Below are positions 36,695-46,196 of a DNA stretch of 64,000 bases, piece by piece. The first letter of the stretch is position 1. The number at the start of each line of letters is the position of its first letter. The stretch spans positions 71,374 to 135,373 of the forward strand of contig JAWLHK010000008.1 of the NCBI GenBank assembly GCA_041690355.1, written 5' to 3'. The position numbers and the translations under genes were made by a program. The notes below the pieces were generated by a model that saw nothing but the letters and a program-made list of their open reading frames with translations, was not told the DNA's origin and searched no databases. The DNA is from a bacterium. Its GTDB lineage: Bacteria; J088; JAWLBW01.

Positions 36695-37785
36695 TGGAAA
36701 TCAGGATGTCTACGACGTTTCGGTGCGGCGCCCTGTGTGTGGCTGCGCTAGTCGCTGCGCTCGCGCCGGCGACCGCGATCGCCGAGACGGGGCAGGAGTC
36801 GGAGGAGCGGGAGCCGGCAACCTATACGGTCAAGCGCGGCGATTCGCTCTCGAAGATCTCGGCGCGCGAGCTCTGGCGCGTGCTCTGGTACCTCAACCGC
36901 GACACCATCGACAATCCCGATCGCATCGAGCCCGGGATGGTACTGCGCATGCCGTCGGAATTCAGTCAGGTAGACCTGGTGGTCGCCGAACGCAGGACCG
37001 ACTCGGTGCGCGTGCTCTTTGCTGAAGAGAAGGATGCCCGGTTCTACCTGCCCCGGCAGCAGGGGGTCGTGCCCCTGACGACAGGACAGAGCGTGATGGA
37101 GTTCGGGACCCTCGAGGTGCTGCAGGGCCCGGTTCGTCTCAAGCTCGCCGACGACTCGGAGATTACGCTCTACAGCGACACGGTTCTCGAATTCGGCGGC
37201 GTGATGGTGCGGGAGCAGGGCAGGACGACGCGCACCCTGACGCTGAAGAGCGGCCGCGCGCGGTTTGCGCTCATCGGGCGGCCCGATGAAGCGGCGCGGC
37301 TCGACGTGCATACGCCGGCGGCCGTCCTCTCGCCGCGCAGCCGGGAGTTCGATGTCGCCATCGCCGGCAAGGAAACGTTTGCGGGCGTGTTTGACGGCTC
37401 ACTCGAAGTCGTCTCGAATGCGCAGAGCGGATCGTTCTCCGCAGGTTCGGGCGTGCGCGTTCCGGTCACGGGTTCGCCGATGACCCGGCTGGTTCTTCCC
37501 GAGGCTCCGCAATTGGCAGAGCCGAGCGGCATCTCGGGGCATCAGGTGCGTTTCGCCTGGCAGCCCGCTGCGGGGGCCGAGGCCTATTTCATTCGCATCG
37601 CGCGCGATGCGGCCATGACCGACATCGTCTTCACCGGGCGGGTGGGCCCCGAGGGGAACTTCGAGCTCGAGCTGCGTAACGAAGGCGACTACTACTGGAC
37701 CGTCGAGTCGCTGGCGGGCGAGCATCTCCATTCTAAAGCGCCCTCGCCGCGCCGCTTCCAGGTGCGCGGGAGCGTGGTGCGCTGA
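36694..37785 (+). CDS. LysM plus FecR-like plus FN3-like periplasmic protein
   Basis: Signal peptide; YTVKRGDSLSKIS...W..L...N...IDNPDRIEPG (LysM); LADDSEITL...VHTPAAV...F.V (FecR); FAWQP...AYFIRIARD...YYWTV (FN3). Overlaps the upstream stop (TAATG). Confidence 0.82.
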   Translation: MEIRMSTTFRCGALCVAALVAALAPATAIAETGQESEEREPATYTVKRGDSLSKISARELWRVLWYLNRDTIDNPDRIEPGMVLRMPSEFSQVDLVVAERRTDSVRVLFAEEKDARFYLPRQQGVVPLTTGQSVMEFGTLEVLQGPVRLKLADDSEITLYSDTVLEFGGVMVREQGRTTRTLTLKSGRARFALIGRPDEAARLDVHTPAAVLSPRSREFDVAIAGKETFAGVFDGSLEVVSNAQSGSFSAGSGVRVPVTGSPMTRLVLPEAPQLAEPSGISGHQVRFAWQPAAGAEAYFIRIARDAAMTDIVFTGRVGPEGNFELELRNEGDYYWTVESLAGEHLHSKAPSPRRFQVRGSVVR

Positions 37786-37855
37786 GCGCCGGCACGGTCT
37801 CTGAATTTCAAGGGCGGTCCTCGAAAAGGATCGCCCTTTTTCTTTGTGCGGACGC

Positions 37856-37892
37856 AAAAAAAGGGGACCCCCGAGGTGAGGGTCCCCCTTCG
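37856..37892 (-). terminator. Rho-independent terminator of the peroxiredoxin gene
   Basis: GGGGACCC...GGGTCCCC stem followed on the minus strand by a T7 run. Confidence 0.75.
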
Positions 37893-37911
37893 TTTCTCCC
37901 TGCCCAGAAAA

Positions 37912-38553
37912 TCAGACGGCCGACTTCGGCTGCGGCGTGATGCGCAGATAGGGCTTGAGCGCCTTCCACCCTTCGGGGAAGCGCTTCTTCGCTTCTTCGT
38001 CCGACAGCGCCGGCACAATGATGACGTCTTCGCCGTGCTGCCAGTTCACGGGGGTGGCCACGCTGTGTTTCGCCGTCAGCTGCAGCGAGTCGATCACGCG
38101 CAGGATCTCCTGAAAGTTGCGCCCCGTGCTCGCCGGGTAGGTGATCGTCAGCTTGACCTTCTTGTCGGGGCCGATGATGAAGACCGAGCGCACGGTGAGC
38201 GTGTCGTTGGCGTTCGGATGGATCATGCCGTACAGATTGGAAACCGTCCGGTCGGGGTCGGCCAGCAGCGGATAGTTGAGCGCGTGACCCTGCGTCTCGG
38301 CGATGTCGCCGATCCAGCCCTGGTGGCTTTCGAGTGAATCGACGCTCAGACCGAGCACCTTCACGCCGCGCTTGTCGAACTCGCCCTTGAGGCGGGCGAC
38401 CTCGCCGAGCTCCGTGGTACAGACCGGGGTGAAATCCTTCGGATGTGAGAACAGGACCGCCCAGCTCCCCTCGATGTGCTTGTGGAACTCGATGCGGCCA
38501 TCCGTGGAGTCGGCGGTGAAGTCGGGCGCCGTGTCCCCCAGTTGCAGTGCCAT
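37912..38553 (-). CDS. 1-Cys peroxiredoxin (Prx6 family)
   Basis: FSHPKDFTPVCTTE, YPASTGRNF, ATPVNW. Confidence 0.95.
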   Translation of the reverse strand: MALQLGDTAPDFTADSTDGRIEFHKHIEGSWAVLFSHPKDFTPVCTTELGEVARLKGEFDKRGVKVLGLSVDSLESHQGWIGDIAETQGHALNYPLLADPDRTVSNLYGMIHPNANDTLTVRSVFIIGPDKKVKLTITYPASTGRNFQEILRVIDSLQLTAKHSVATPVNWQHGEDVIIVPALSDEEAKKRFPEGWKALKPYLRITPQPKSAV

Positions 38554-38614
38554 GAGAAAGGTCTCCGTGAGAAAGGTTCATGTCCAGGCCGTCCGGACAA
38601 CGGCGGACGAGTCC

Positions 38615-38644
38615 ACGATAACCAATCTACACAGCACATGTCAA
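38615..38644 (-). promoter_or_regulatory. sigma70-type promoter for peroxiredoxin
   Basis: TTGACA-18-TATCGT on the minus strand, with an AT-rich upstream region. Confidence 0.55.
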
Positions 38645-38787
38645 GTAAATAGACTAAAAGACGACCTATTGTATGCAAAACGTGAACACAAGGGGCGGGG
38701 CAGAGAACGCAATCCACACGAATCGGGTCGGATTCCACGCTTTCCGGCCACGGGCGGGTCCGGAGTGGAGCCGGAAATGAATGGCCG

Positions 38788-39801
38788 TCAGGCCGCGGCC
38801 CGGCGGGTTCCGGCGCGCGCGGCCGCGACCAGTGCGCCGAGGGTGAGGGCGCTGCGCACGGGGTGCAGGCGCATGGCGGTGTACAGGCTGGTTCGGGAGA
38901 CGTGCCCGGGATAGCCGCCGCGAACCTCGCCTTCGCTCCTCGGGGCGGAATAGAGGCCGTCGTCGGGAACCGGCGGTTCGCCCTTGCGGACCTGCTGGCG
39001 GAACATGCTGCGCTTCATGATCCGATCGGTCGTGCGTGGGAACAGCTTGTCCATCCAGACGAGCGCGGTCGCGAAGCCGCCGACCTTGACGTCGCGAACC
39101 GGATGCCCGGCACAGCGGAGAATGGCGCGCGCCACGACTTCGGGCGCGTAGTAGGGGGGAGGGATGATCGCCTTGGATTCCAGAAAGTTCCGCGCATGGT
39201 GCGGATAGGGGGTATCGATCGTTCCAGGGGCGACAAGCGTGATCGCGACGGGCAGGCGCTCCTTCTCGATCTCCATGCGCAGAGCCTCGCTGAAGGCCTT
39301 GACGGCATGCTTGCTTGCGACGTAGGTTCCCTGGAGCGGAACCGCCCGGTACGAGAGCACACTGCCGATGTTGATAATCGTTCCGCCGCGCGTGCCCAGA
39401 TACTCGAGGGCGATCAGCGAACCATGCACGACGCCCCAGAAGTTCACGTCGAACAGTCGGCGCTCGTCTTCGAGCGGAACGTCTTCGAGCCGCCCGAAAA
39501 TCGTGACGCCCGCGTTATTGACCCACGTGTCGAATCCGCCGAACTCCTCGAGGGCCGTGCGTGCGATCTCCTCCACGTCCTCGCGTCGCGCGACGTCGGC
39601 TTTGACCCAGGTGGCCTCGCCCCCCATGGCGTGGATGCGCCCGCAGATTTCCTGCAGTTCCTTTTCATTGCGCGAGGCCAGCACAAGACGCGCGCCGCGT
39701 GCGGCAGCCAGACATGCGGTGGCCAGGCCGATGCCGCTCGTGGCGCCGGTGATGACGATGACCTGGTCGCGCACGCGCTTTTTCCGGTTACGCAGACCCA
39801 T
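38788..39801 (-). CDS. SDR family oxidoreductase, tandem paralog 2
   Basis: TGATSGIG, DTWVNNAG, YVASK. Confidence 0.9.
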   Translation of the reverse strand: MGLRNRKKRVRDQVIVITGATSGIGLATACLAAARGARLVLASRNEKELQEICGRIHAMGGEATWVKADVARREDVEEIARTALEEFGGFDTWVNNAGVTIFGRLEDVPLEDERRLFDVNFWGVVHGSLIALEYLGTRGGTIINIGSVLSYRAVPLQGTYVASKHAVKAFSEALRMEIEKERLPVAITLVAPGTIDTPYPHHARNFLESKAIIPPPYYAPEVVARAILRCAGHPVRDVKVGGFATALVWMDKLFPRTTDRIMKRSMFRQQVRKGEPPVPDDGLYSAPRSEGEVRGGYPGHVSRTSLYTAMRLHPVRSALTLGALVAAARAGTRRAAA

Positions 39802-40834
39802 GAACCCTCTCCTGTCGGTTCCGTTTTCGCTGTCTGAGCGCGGCGGCGCCCACGCCGGCGCCGGCCGTGGCGGCGAGCAACCCGCCCGCGGCATACGGAT
39901 GCATGAGCACACTGTTATAGACGCTGTGGCGGAGCACGAAGCGTCCTTTCGCGGATTCCGTACGCGCATGGCGGTTCATGCGCGTGTGCAGCGCGTCGCT
40001 TTCGCGCGGCGGCCCCTTGGCCTTCTGCATGTTCCACATGAACTGCTCCAGCAGTTTGTCCGACAGCGCGGGCAGGAATTTCTCCCCCAGCTCGGCGGCG
40101 AGGCCCACGACGCCGATCGTGAACGAGCGGCGCGGATGTTCGGCGCAGAAGAGGATGCCGCGCGCCGCCACCTCCGGCGCGTAGAGCGGCGGCGGCAGCT
40201 GCGCGCGATCGGCCATGATGTTCTTCGAGTGGGCGGGAATCGGCGTCGCGATCGCCGCCGGGCGGATGACCGTGACGACGACGGGCGCGCCGTCTTTCTC
40301 GAGCTCCATGCGCAGGGCGTCGGAGTAGCCTTGGACGGCGTGCTTCGTCGCCCCGTAGATTCCCTGCAGCGGAACGGATCGCGAGGAGAGCACGCTGCCG
40401 ATATTGATCAGGGCGCCGCCGCGCAAACGCAGATGCGGAAGCGCTGCCCGGCAGCCGTTGACCACCCCCCAGTAATTCACATCGAAGATACGGCGCATGT
40501 CGACGGGCTCGTTCTCGGCCAGCTTACCGAACAGGTGGATCCCCGCGTTGTTGATCCACGTATCGAAACCCCCGTACCGGCGGATCGCGAACTGCGCCAG
40601 TGCGCGCATGGCGTCTGCATCGGCGACGTCGGCCCGGAAAGCGGCCGCCTCTCCGCCGGTAGCTCGGACCATCCCCAGCGCTTCGTCGAGCTCGGTGTGG
40701 TTGTTCGAATTCAGCACGACGCGCGCGCCTCGCTTCGCGGCCAGGCAGGCAGTGGCGAGCCCGATGCCGCTCGAAGCGCCGGTGATGACGAGCGTCTGGT
40801 CGCGAAGGGGCTTGAGATGGACGGAAACGCGCAT
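39788..40834 (-). CDS. SDR family oxidoreductase, tandem paralog 1
   Basis: TGASSGIG, DTWINNAG, YGATK. Confidence 0.9.
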   Translation of the reverse strand: MRVSVHLKPLRDQTLVITGASSGIGLATACLAAKRGARVVLNSNNHTELDEALGMVRATGGEAAAFRADVADADAMRALAQFAIRRYGGFDTWINNAGIHLFGKLAENEPVDMRRIFDVNYWGVVNGCRAALPHLRLRGGALINIGSVLSSRSVPLQGIYGATKHAVQGYSDALRMELEKDGAPVVVTVIRPAAIATPIPAHSKNIMADRAQLPPPLYAPEVAARGILFCAEHPRRSFTIGVVGLAAELGEKFLPALSDKLLEQFMWNMQKAKGPPRESDALHTRMNRHARTESAKGRFVLRHSVYNSVLMHPYAAGGLLAATAGAGVGAAALRQRKRNRQERVHGSA

Positions 40835-40837
40835 GGG

Positions 40838-41368
40838 AATTTGCGATTTACGATTTACGATTGACCATTGACGATTTGCGACGACGATTTGCGACGATTT
40901 GCGACGATTTGCCGGACGATTACGGAGATCCTGCGGGCTCGGGCGTAGGAACAGAAGGGCGACGAATGGCTGAGCAGGCGCGAAGGGAGTGACGAGTCAG
41001 GACAATTTACGATCTACAATTTACGATTGACGATTTGACGGCAAGGACGCCAGACCGACGGCTGGAGACAGATGACTGCCCGCTCCGTTGGACAATTTAC
41101 GATCTACAATTTACGATTGACGATTTGACGGCAAGGACGCCAGACTGACGACTGGAGACAGATGACTGCCCGCTCCGTTCGTCCCGAGCTGACAGGCCGA
41201 AGCGGTAGCGAAGGCGGACAGCGAGGGGCCGGCATGAGTCCCGTGCGCCTGTCTCGCCGTCGCCGGAGCCTGTCCCGACCTAAGGGAGGGGCGCTACTGC
41301 CGGCCGTCGGCTCGACACGAACGGATACGGACCTCGGCAGACTGACGACTGAAGACTGCCGACTGACG
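40838..41368. repeat. Repeat-dense intergenic region: heptamer arrays, a 90-bp tandem duplication (41000-41179) and a full REP/MITE-like element (41175-41324)
   Basis: gatttac/gatttgc arrays; two near-identical 90-mers; inverted copy of the 60163-60314 element; gactgac array. Confidence 0.85.
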
Positions 41369-41385
41369 CCCGACACAGCGAGCCC

Positions 41386-41414
41386 TTGATCTTGCCATCC
41401 GCCAATGGTACATT
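41386..41414 (+). promoter_or_regulatory. Putative promoter with a dyad in the spacer (possible operator)
   Basis: TTGATC-17-TACATT with an imperfect TGCCAT/ATGGTA dyad, upstream of the hydrolase-MerR pair. Confidence 0.35.
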
Positions 41415-41490
41415 CAGGATAGTGACATGGAGGGATAGCAGGCCCGGCGCCCGCTTCCCCTGCGGTCCGACAACCTGACGGAGTTTGCAT

Positions 41491-42321
41491 ATGGCTGCCG
41501 CCGCGACGCCCCTGATCCGGAACGTCCGTTTCCCCATCGGCGAGAAGACCCCGCGCTACTGGCATGGCGGCCGTCGATCCGTAAGCATCTTCTTCAGCGG
41601 CCTGTCCATCCTGTTTCCCGAAGGGGAGCGCTTCTTCATTCAGAGCGTAAAGAAAAACGCCCATCTCGTGAAGGATCCCGCGCTGCTCGCGCAGGTGAAG
41701 GCCTTCATGGGACAGGAGGGGATTCACGGCCGCGAGCACGACAAGTACAACGAGATGCTCACGGAACAGGGCTACAGCGTGCCGCGCCTTGAGCGCGAAA
41801 CGACCTTCCTGCTCAAGGTCGCCAAGCGGACCCTGTACCCCCGCGCCCAGCTCGCGGTGACCGCGGCGCTCGAACACTTCACCGCCATCCTTGCGAATTA
41901 TCTGCTGCGGGATCCGAGCCTGCTCGAAGGGGCCGATCCCGACATGGCCGCCCTCTGGCGCTGGCATGCCGCCGAAGAGAGCGAGCACAAGGCGGTCGCC
42001 TGGGACGTATACGAAACCGCGGGCGGACACTGGTTCGAGCGCACGTGGGTCATGCTCGTCGTGACCGGATTTTTTCTCGCGAAGATCGCCGAGCACCAGG
42101 TGGTCATGATGCGCGACGACGGCATAGCCGGCGATCTGGAGGAATGGCGCAAGCTGCTCCGATTCATGTATGTGGAACCGGGGAAGCTTCACCTCGTCGC
42201 CCTCGAGTGGCTTCAATACTTCCGCCCCGGCTTCCACCCGAACGATCTGGATGCGAACGCCCTGCTCGCGAAGTGGAAAGAAGACTTCGCGACGCTTCCC
42301 GAATACCGGCGCGCGAGCTGA
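41491..42321 (+). CDS. Predicted metal-dependent hydrolase (ferritin-like family)
   Basis: FPEGERFFI, GQEGIHGREH, ALEHFTA, WHAAEESEHKAVA, YFRPGFHP. Confidence 0.85.
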   Translation: MAAAATPLIRNVRFPIGEKTPRYWHGGRRSVSIFFSGLSILFPEGERFFIQSVKKNAHLVKDPALLAQVKAFMGQEGIHGREHDKYNEMLTEQGYSVPRLERETTFLLKVAKRTLYPRAQLAVTAALEHFTAILANYLLRDPSLLEGADPDMAALWRWHAAEESEHKAVAWDVYETAGGHWFERTWVMLVVTGFFLAKIAEHQVVMMRDDGIAGDLEEWRKLLRFMYVEPGKLHLVALEWLQYFRPGFHPNDLDANALLAKWKEDFATLPEYRRAS

Positions 42322-42366
42322 AGCTCTGCAAGCCAATCCGCTTCCTGATTCCCCACGGGAGAGTTC

Positions 42367-43176
42367 GTGGCCGAATACCGAATCGACGACCTGGCGCGCG
42401 CAGGCGGAACGACCGTGCGCAACGTCCGCTCCTACCAGGACAAGGGGCTGTTGCCGCCCCCGCGGCGTGAAGGGCGCACGGGAATCTACAGCGAAATTCA
42501 CCTGGCCCGGCTTCGCCTGATCGGCAAGCTTCTTGAACGTGGCTACACGCTCGGGAACATCTCGGAACTGCTCGCCGCCTGGGAGAAAGGGCAGGACATC
42601 GCCCAGCTCATCGGGCTTGAAAGCGCAATCACGTCCCCCTTTTCCACGGAAGTGCCGACCTACATCACCCTGGACCAGTTGAACCGGTTCTTCGGTACGG
42701 CGGCGGACACGTCTGCGCTTCAGATGGCCGTCCAGCTGGGCATTCTGGAGATTGAGAAGGATCGTCTCAAGGTGCTGAGCCCGCGCCTCCTGCAGGCCGG
42801 AGCCGAGCTGGCCCGCGCCGGGCTGCCCCTGCACATGCTGCTGCTGCAGGTGGGCGAGCTGCGGGCCGACGTGAACCGCATCGCCGTACGCTTCGTGAAC
42901 CTCGTGCTCGACCAGGTTTTCAATCAGTATGGCGAAGATCGGCTGCCGCCGCGCGCCGAAGTGCCCCGTCTGGCCGAGCTCGTGCGGCGCCTGCGGCCGA
43001 TGGCGCAGACGGTGGTGGAGGTGGAGCTGGCGCGCGCCCTGGAAAACGTCGTCGGCTCGGTGCTCAGCGATCGCCTCGCGCGCGTCGCCGGCTCCATGGG
43101 GCGCGACGCGAAGCGCGAGGCGAAGCGCGCTGAAAGTGCGCGTAAGGGGAAGCGGCGGCGCGCTTCCAATTCCTGA
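42367..43176 (+). CDS. MerR family transcriptional regulator
   Basis: YRIDDLARAGGTTVRNVRSYQDKGLLPPP...GYTL. Confidence 0.9.
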   Translation: MAEYRIDDLARAGGTTVRNVRSYQDKGLLPPPRREGRTGIYSEIHLARLRLIGKLLERGYTLGNISELLAAWEKGQDIAQLIGLESAITSPFSTEVPTYITLDQLNRFFGTAADTSALQMAVQLGILEIEKDRLKVLSPRLLQAGAELARAGLPLHMLLLQVGELRADVNRIAVRFVNLVLDQVFNQYGEDRLPPRAEVPRLAELVRRLRPMAQTVVEVELARALENVVGSVLSDRLARVAGSMGRDAKREAKRAESARKGKRRRASNS

Positions 43177-43270
43177 TTCCTGATTCTTGATTCTTAACCA
43201 GGCAAGAACAAAGAATCGAAGAACGGAAGGGTTCCTGTACTTGCCGGCTCAGGAATCAGGAATCAGGTAT
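43168..43270. repeat. Inverted TTCCTGA/TCAGGAA heptamer arrays at two convergent stop codons
   Basis: ttcctgattcctgattcttgattctt at 43170-43195 and tcaggaatcaggaatcagg at 43249-43267. Confidence 0.7.
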
Positions 43271-44120
43271 TAAGAATGGCGAAGTCGCGGACGGCAGTCG
43301 CGACTTCGTCCGGATGCGACAGCAGGGCCCAGTGCCCGGCGTCGAGCTCGCGCCGCGTGAGGTTGGGGACCCACGTTTCGATCCCCTCCATGGATTCGGG
43401 CTTCACGTAGTTGTCGCGAAGCAGCAACAGAAGCTGCACGGGAACCTCGGTGCGCCGCTCGCGCGGGCTCGTCAGCCGCTCGAACATGTTGGCGCGGTAA
43501 AGATTCATGCCGTAGCGCCCGTCTGCGGCAAGCGACTCCTGCGGGCCATGGTGCTTTCGCGGAATTCCCTCTCGATTCACAAGCATCCACGGCCAGGCGC
43601 GCGAGAGCACGTGCTCCCACGCCGCCGGCGCGCCGGGAATATGCATCGCGGGAATGTACAGGGAACGCAATCCCTGCGAAATCCGCCGGAGCATCGACAT
43701 CCGCCCGCGGATCAGGGCGCCCATGTGATCGAGGCAGGGGCCCGAGATCGACGTGAAGGAGAGAATGCGTCCGCTGAACTCCGGATCGGTCACCGCTTCC
43801 CAGCTCTGAATGCTCCCCCAGTCATGCGCGGCCAGGTGAAACTGGCGCGGATTGCCGGCCGCCTCGACCACGCAGCGCAGGTCGGCCGCAAGCCGGTCGA
43901 GCCGGTAGGCCGCCGTTTCTGCGGGCCGATCGGAAGCGCCCGCGCCGCGCACGTCATAGGCGACGACGTGAAAGCGGTCTGCCAACGCGGGCGCTACCCG
44001 GTTCCACACGGCGTGATTATCGGGATAGCCATGCACGAGCACGAGCAGCGGATTTCCGGCCTGCCCCCACTCGCGCAACGCCAGCTTCACGCCGGCCCCC
44101 TGAATCCGTCGCGTCGTCAT
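43263..44120 (-). CDS. Alpha/beta hydrolase (epoxide-hydrolase-like)
   Basis: VHGYPD, YDVRGAG, AHDWG (Asp nucleophile), AGHW. Confidence 0.88.
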   Translation of the reverse strand: MTTRRIQGAGVKLALREWGQAGNPLLVLVHGYPDNHAVWNRVAPALADRFHVVAYDVRGAGASDRPAETAAYRLDRLAADLRCVVEAAGNPRQFHLAAHDWGSIQSWEAVTDPEFSGRILSFTSISGPCLDHMGALIRGRMSMLRRISQGLRSLYIPAMHIPGAPAAWEHVLSRAWPWMLVNREGIPRKHHGPQESLAADGRYGMNLYRANMFERLTSPRERRTEVPVQLLLLLRDNYVKPESMEGIETWVPNLTRRELDAGHWALLSHPDEVATAVRDFAILNT

Positions 44121-44123
44121 CGT

Positions 44124-44462
44124 TCACTCCTTTCGCCGCTGGCAGGCCATGCACAGCGGCACCTCGGGGGCCACGCGCAGACGCTCTGTGGGGATCTCTT
44201 CGCCGCAGAGAACACATTCGCCGAACGAACCCTCCTCGATCCGTCGCAGCGCCGCCTCGACGAGCGCGAGACGCTGCAGGCGCCGGCGCTCCTGGGCGGC
44301 GGCCATCTGCTGCTGCTGCAGGGCGTCCATGCGTGAAAGCCGGCCGATGGGCTCCTCGAGATCCACCGGCCGGGCGTCGGCGGCCCGGGCCTCGGTCGGC
44401 GCGTTCAGTTCCTCACGCAGCGCGAGCAGGCGCGCGCGGTGTTCTTCCTGAGTTCCGCTCAT
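44124..44462 (-). CDS. TraR/DksA family C4 zinc-finger protein
   Basis: IGRLSRMDALQQQ, GECVLCGEEI..ERL...P...LCMAC. Confidence 0.88.
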   Translation of the reverse strand: MSGTQEEHRARLLALREELNAPTEARAADARPVDLEEPIGRLSRMDALQQQQMAAAQERRRLQRLALVEAALRRIEEGSFGECVLCGEEIPTERLRVAPEVPLCMACQRRKE

Positions 44463-44583
44463 CCAGTCAGCATGCCCGGGCCCTGCCCGCCGCGCAATGT
44501 GAAGGGGTGTATGGTTGAATCGCCGAGGACGGCGGAGTACCATGCGGATGGATTTTCCGTTCCCTTCGCCCTTGCAGGTATCG

Positions 44584-46191
44584 ATGCGCAAGACAGACCT
44601 CCCGAATTCCGAATCGTCGACCGGACAGGCGGTTGGCGCCGAGCGTCCCGAACTCACCGAGCTTCGTGCGCGCAAGAAGCTGCTCGCCGACGAAGCGCGC
44701 CCCGAGGCAGTGGCGAAGCGCCGGAAGTCGAACCAGCGCACGGCCCGCGAAAACGTGGCCGATCTGTGCGACCCCGATTCCTTTCTGGAATTCGGCGGGC
44801 TCGCGGTCGCCGCGCAGCGCGCCAGGCACACCGAAGAGAACCTGCAACGCATCAGCCCCGCCGACGGCCTGATTACGGGCGTGGGCACCGTCAACGCGGC
44901 CGGCTTCGGGCCGGAGCGCGCGCGCTGCATGGTGCTCGCCTACGACTTCACGGTTTTCGCCGGTACGCAAGGCGGGTGGAATCACAAGAAGACCGATCGC
45001 ATGTTCGCGCTCGCCGAAGAACAGCGCCTGCCAGTGGTGCTCTTCGCCGAAGGGGGCGGCGGGCGGCCCAGCGACACCGACTGGCAGATCGTCGCCGGCC
45101 TCGACCTTCCGACCTTCACCCGCTTTGCGCGGCTGAGCGGCCTGGTTCCCCGCGTCGGCATCGTCTCGGGGAAATGCTTTGCGGGCAACGCTTCGCTGCT
45201 CGGCTGCTGCGACGTCATCATCGCCGCCGAAGACGCGAACATCGGCATGGGCGGTCCCGCCATGATCGAAGGGGGCGGCCTCGGCGTGTACGCGCCCGAA
45301 GAGGTCGGACCCATCGATGTGCAGTTTCGCAACGGCGTCGTCGACATCCGCGTGGCGGACGAAGCCGAAGCCGTGCGCGCCGCGAAGAAGTACCTCGGGT
45401 TCTTCCAGGGTCCGCTTTCCACCTGGGAAGCGCCGGATGCGGCGGCGCTGCGCGACCTGATCCCCGAGAACCGCCGCCGCGCGTATCCGGTGCGCAAGGT
45501 CATCGAAGGGATCGCCGACGTGGACACCGTCCTCGAATTGCGCGCCGGCTTCGGGCGGAACCTGGTCACGGCCCTCGGGCGCATTGAAGGACGACCCGTT
45601 GGATTTCTTGCCAATGATTCGCGTCACATGGGCGGCGCCCTGGATGCCGACGCCTCGGACAAGGGCGCACGTTTTCTCCAGCTCTGCGACGCCTTCAACA
45701 TTCCGATCGTATCGCTGTGCGATACCCCCGGGTTCATGGTCGGGCCGGAAGCGGAAAAGACGGCGCTCGTGCGCCACACGTCGCGGCTCTTCGTGACGGC
45801 CGCGAGTCTGCGCGTTCCCTACTTCACGGTCGTGCTCCGCAAAGCCTACGGCCTGGGGGCCATGGCCATGGCGGGGGGCAGCACGCACAACGGATTCTTC
45901 ACGATCGCCTGGTCGACCGGCGAGTTCGGCGCCATGGGCCTCGAAGGGGCAGTGCGCATCGCCTTCAAGAAGCAGCTGGCCGAGATCGCCGACGAGGCCG
46001 AGCGGGATGCCATGTTCCGCCAGCTCGTCCAGCTCGCCTACGAGCGGGGGAAGGGGACCAACGCCGCCGCCTTTCTCGAAATCGACGACGTCATCGATCC
46101 CGCAGACACGCGCCGCTGGCTCATCCGGGGCCTGCAGTCGGCGAAGCCCGCCGAGCGGGAATCTCCCCGGCGCTTCGTGGATACGTGGTGA
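44584..46191 (+). CDS. Acyl-CoA carboxyltransferase, stand-alone CT domain
   Basis: RTAREN, PADG, YDFTVFAGTQG, EGGGGRP, CFAGN, IGMGGPAMIEGGG, DTPGFMVG, RKAYGLG, IDDVIDP. Confidence 0.88.
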   Translation: MRKTDLPNSESSTGQAVGAERPELTELRARKKLLADEARPEAVAKRRKSNQRTARENVADLCDPDSFLEFGGLAVAAQRARHTEENLQRISPADGLITGVGTVNAAGFGPERARCMVLAYDFTVFAGTQGGWNHKKTDRMFALAEEQRLPVVLFAEGGGGRPSDTDWQIVAGLDLPTFTRFARLSGLVPRVGIVSGKCFAGNASLLGCCDVIIAAEDANIGMGGPAMIEGGGLGVYAPEEVGPIDVQFRNGVVDIRVADEAEAVRAAKKYLGFFQGPLSTWEAPDAAALRDLIPENRRRAYPVRKVIEGIADVDTVLELRAGFGRNLVTALGRIEGRPVGFLANDSRHMGGALDADASDKGARFLQLCDAFNIPIVSLCDTPGFMVGPEAEKTALVRHTSRLFVTAASLRVPYFTVVLRKAYGLGAMAMAGGSTHNGFFTIAWSTGEFGAMGLEGAVRIAFKKQLAEIADEAERDAMFRQLVQLAYERGKGTNAAAFLEIDDVIDPADTRRWLIRGLQSAKPAERESPRRFVDTW

Positions 46192-46196
46192 GCGGC

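Noticed and set aside
40838-41368. Possible CRISPR array
   Set aside because: The repeats are heptamer runs and one 90-bp duplication with no unique spacers; no cas genes in the window.
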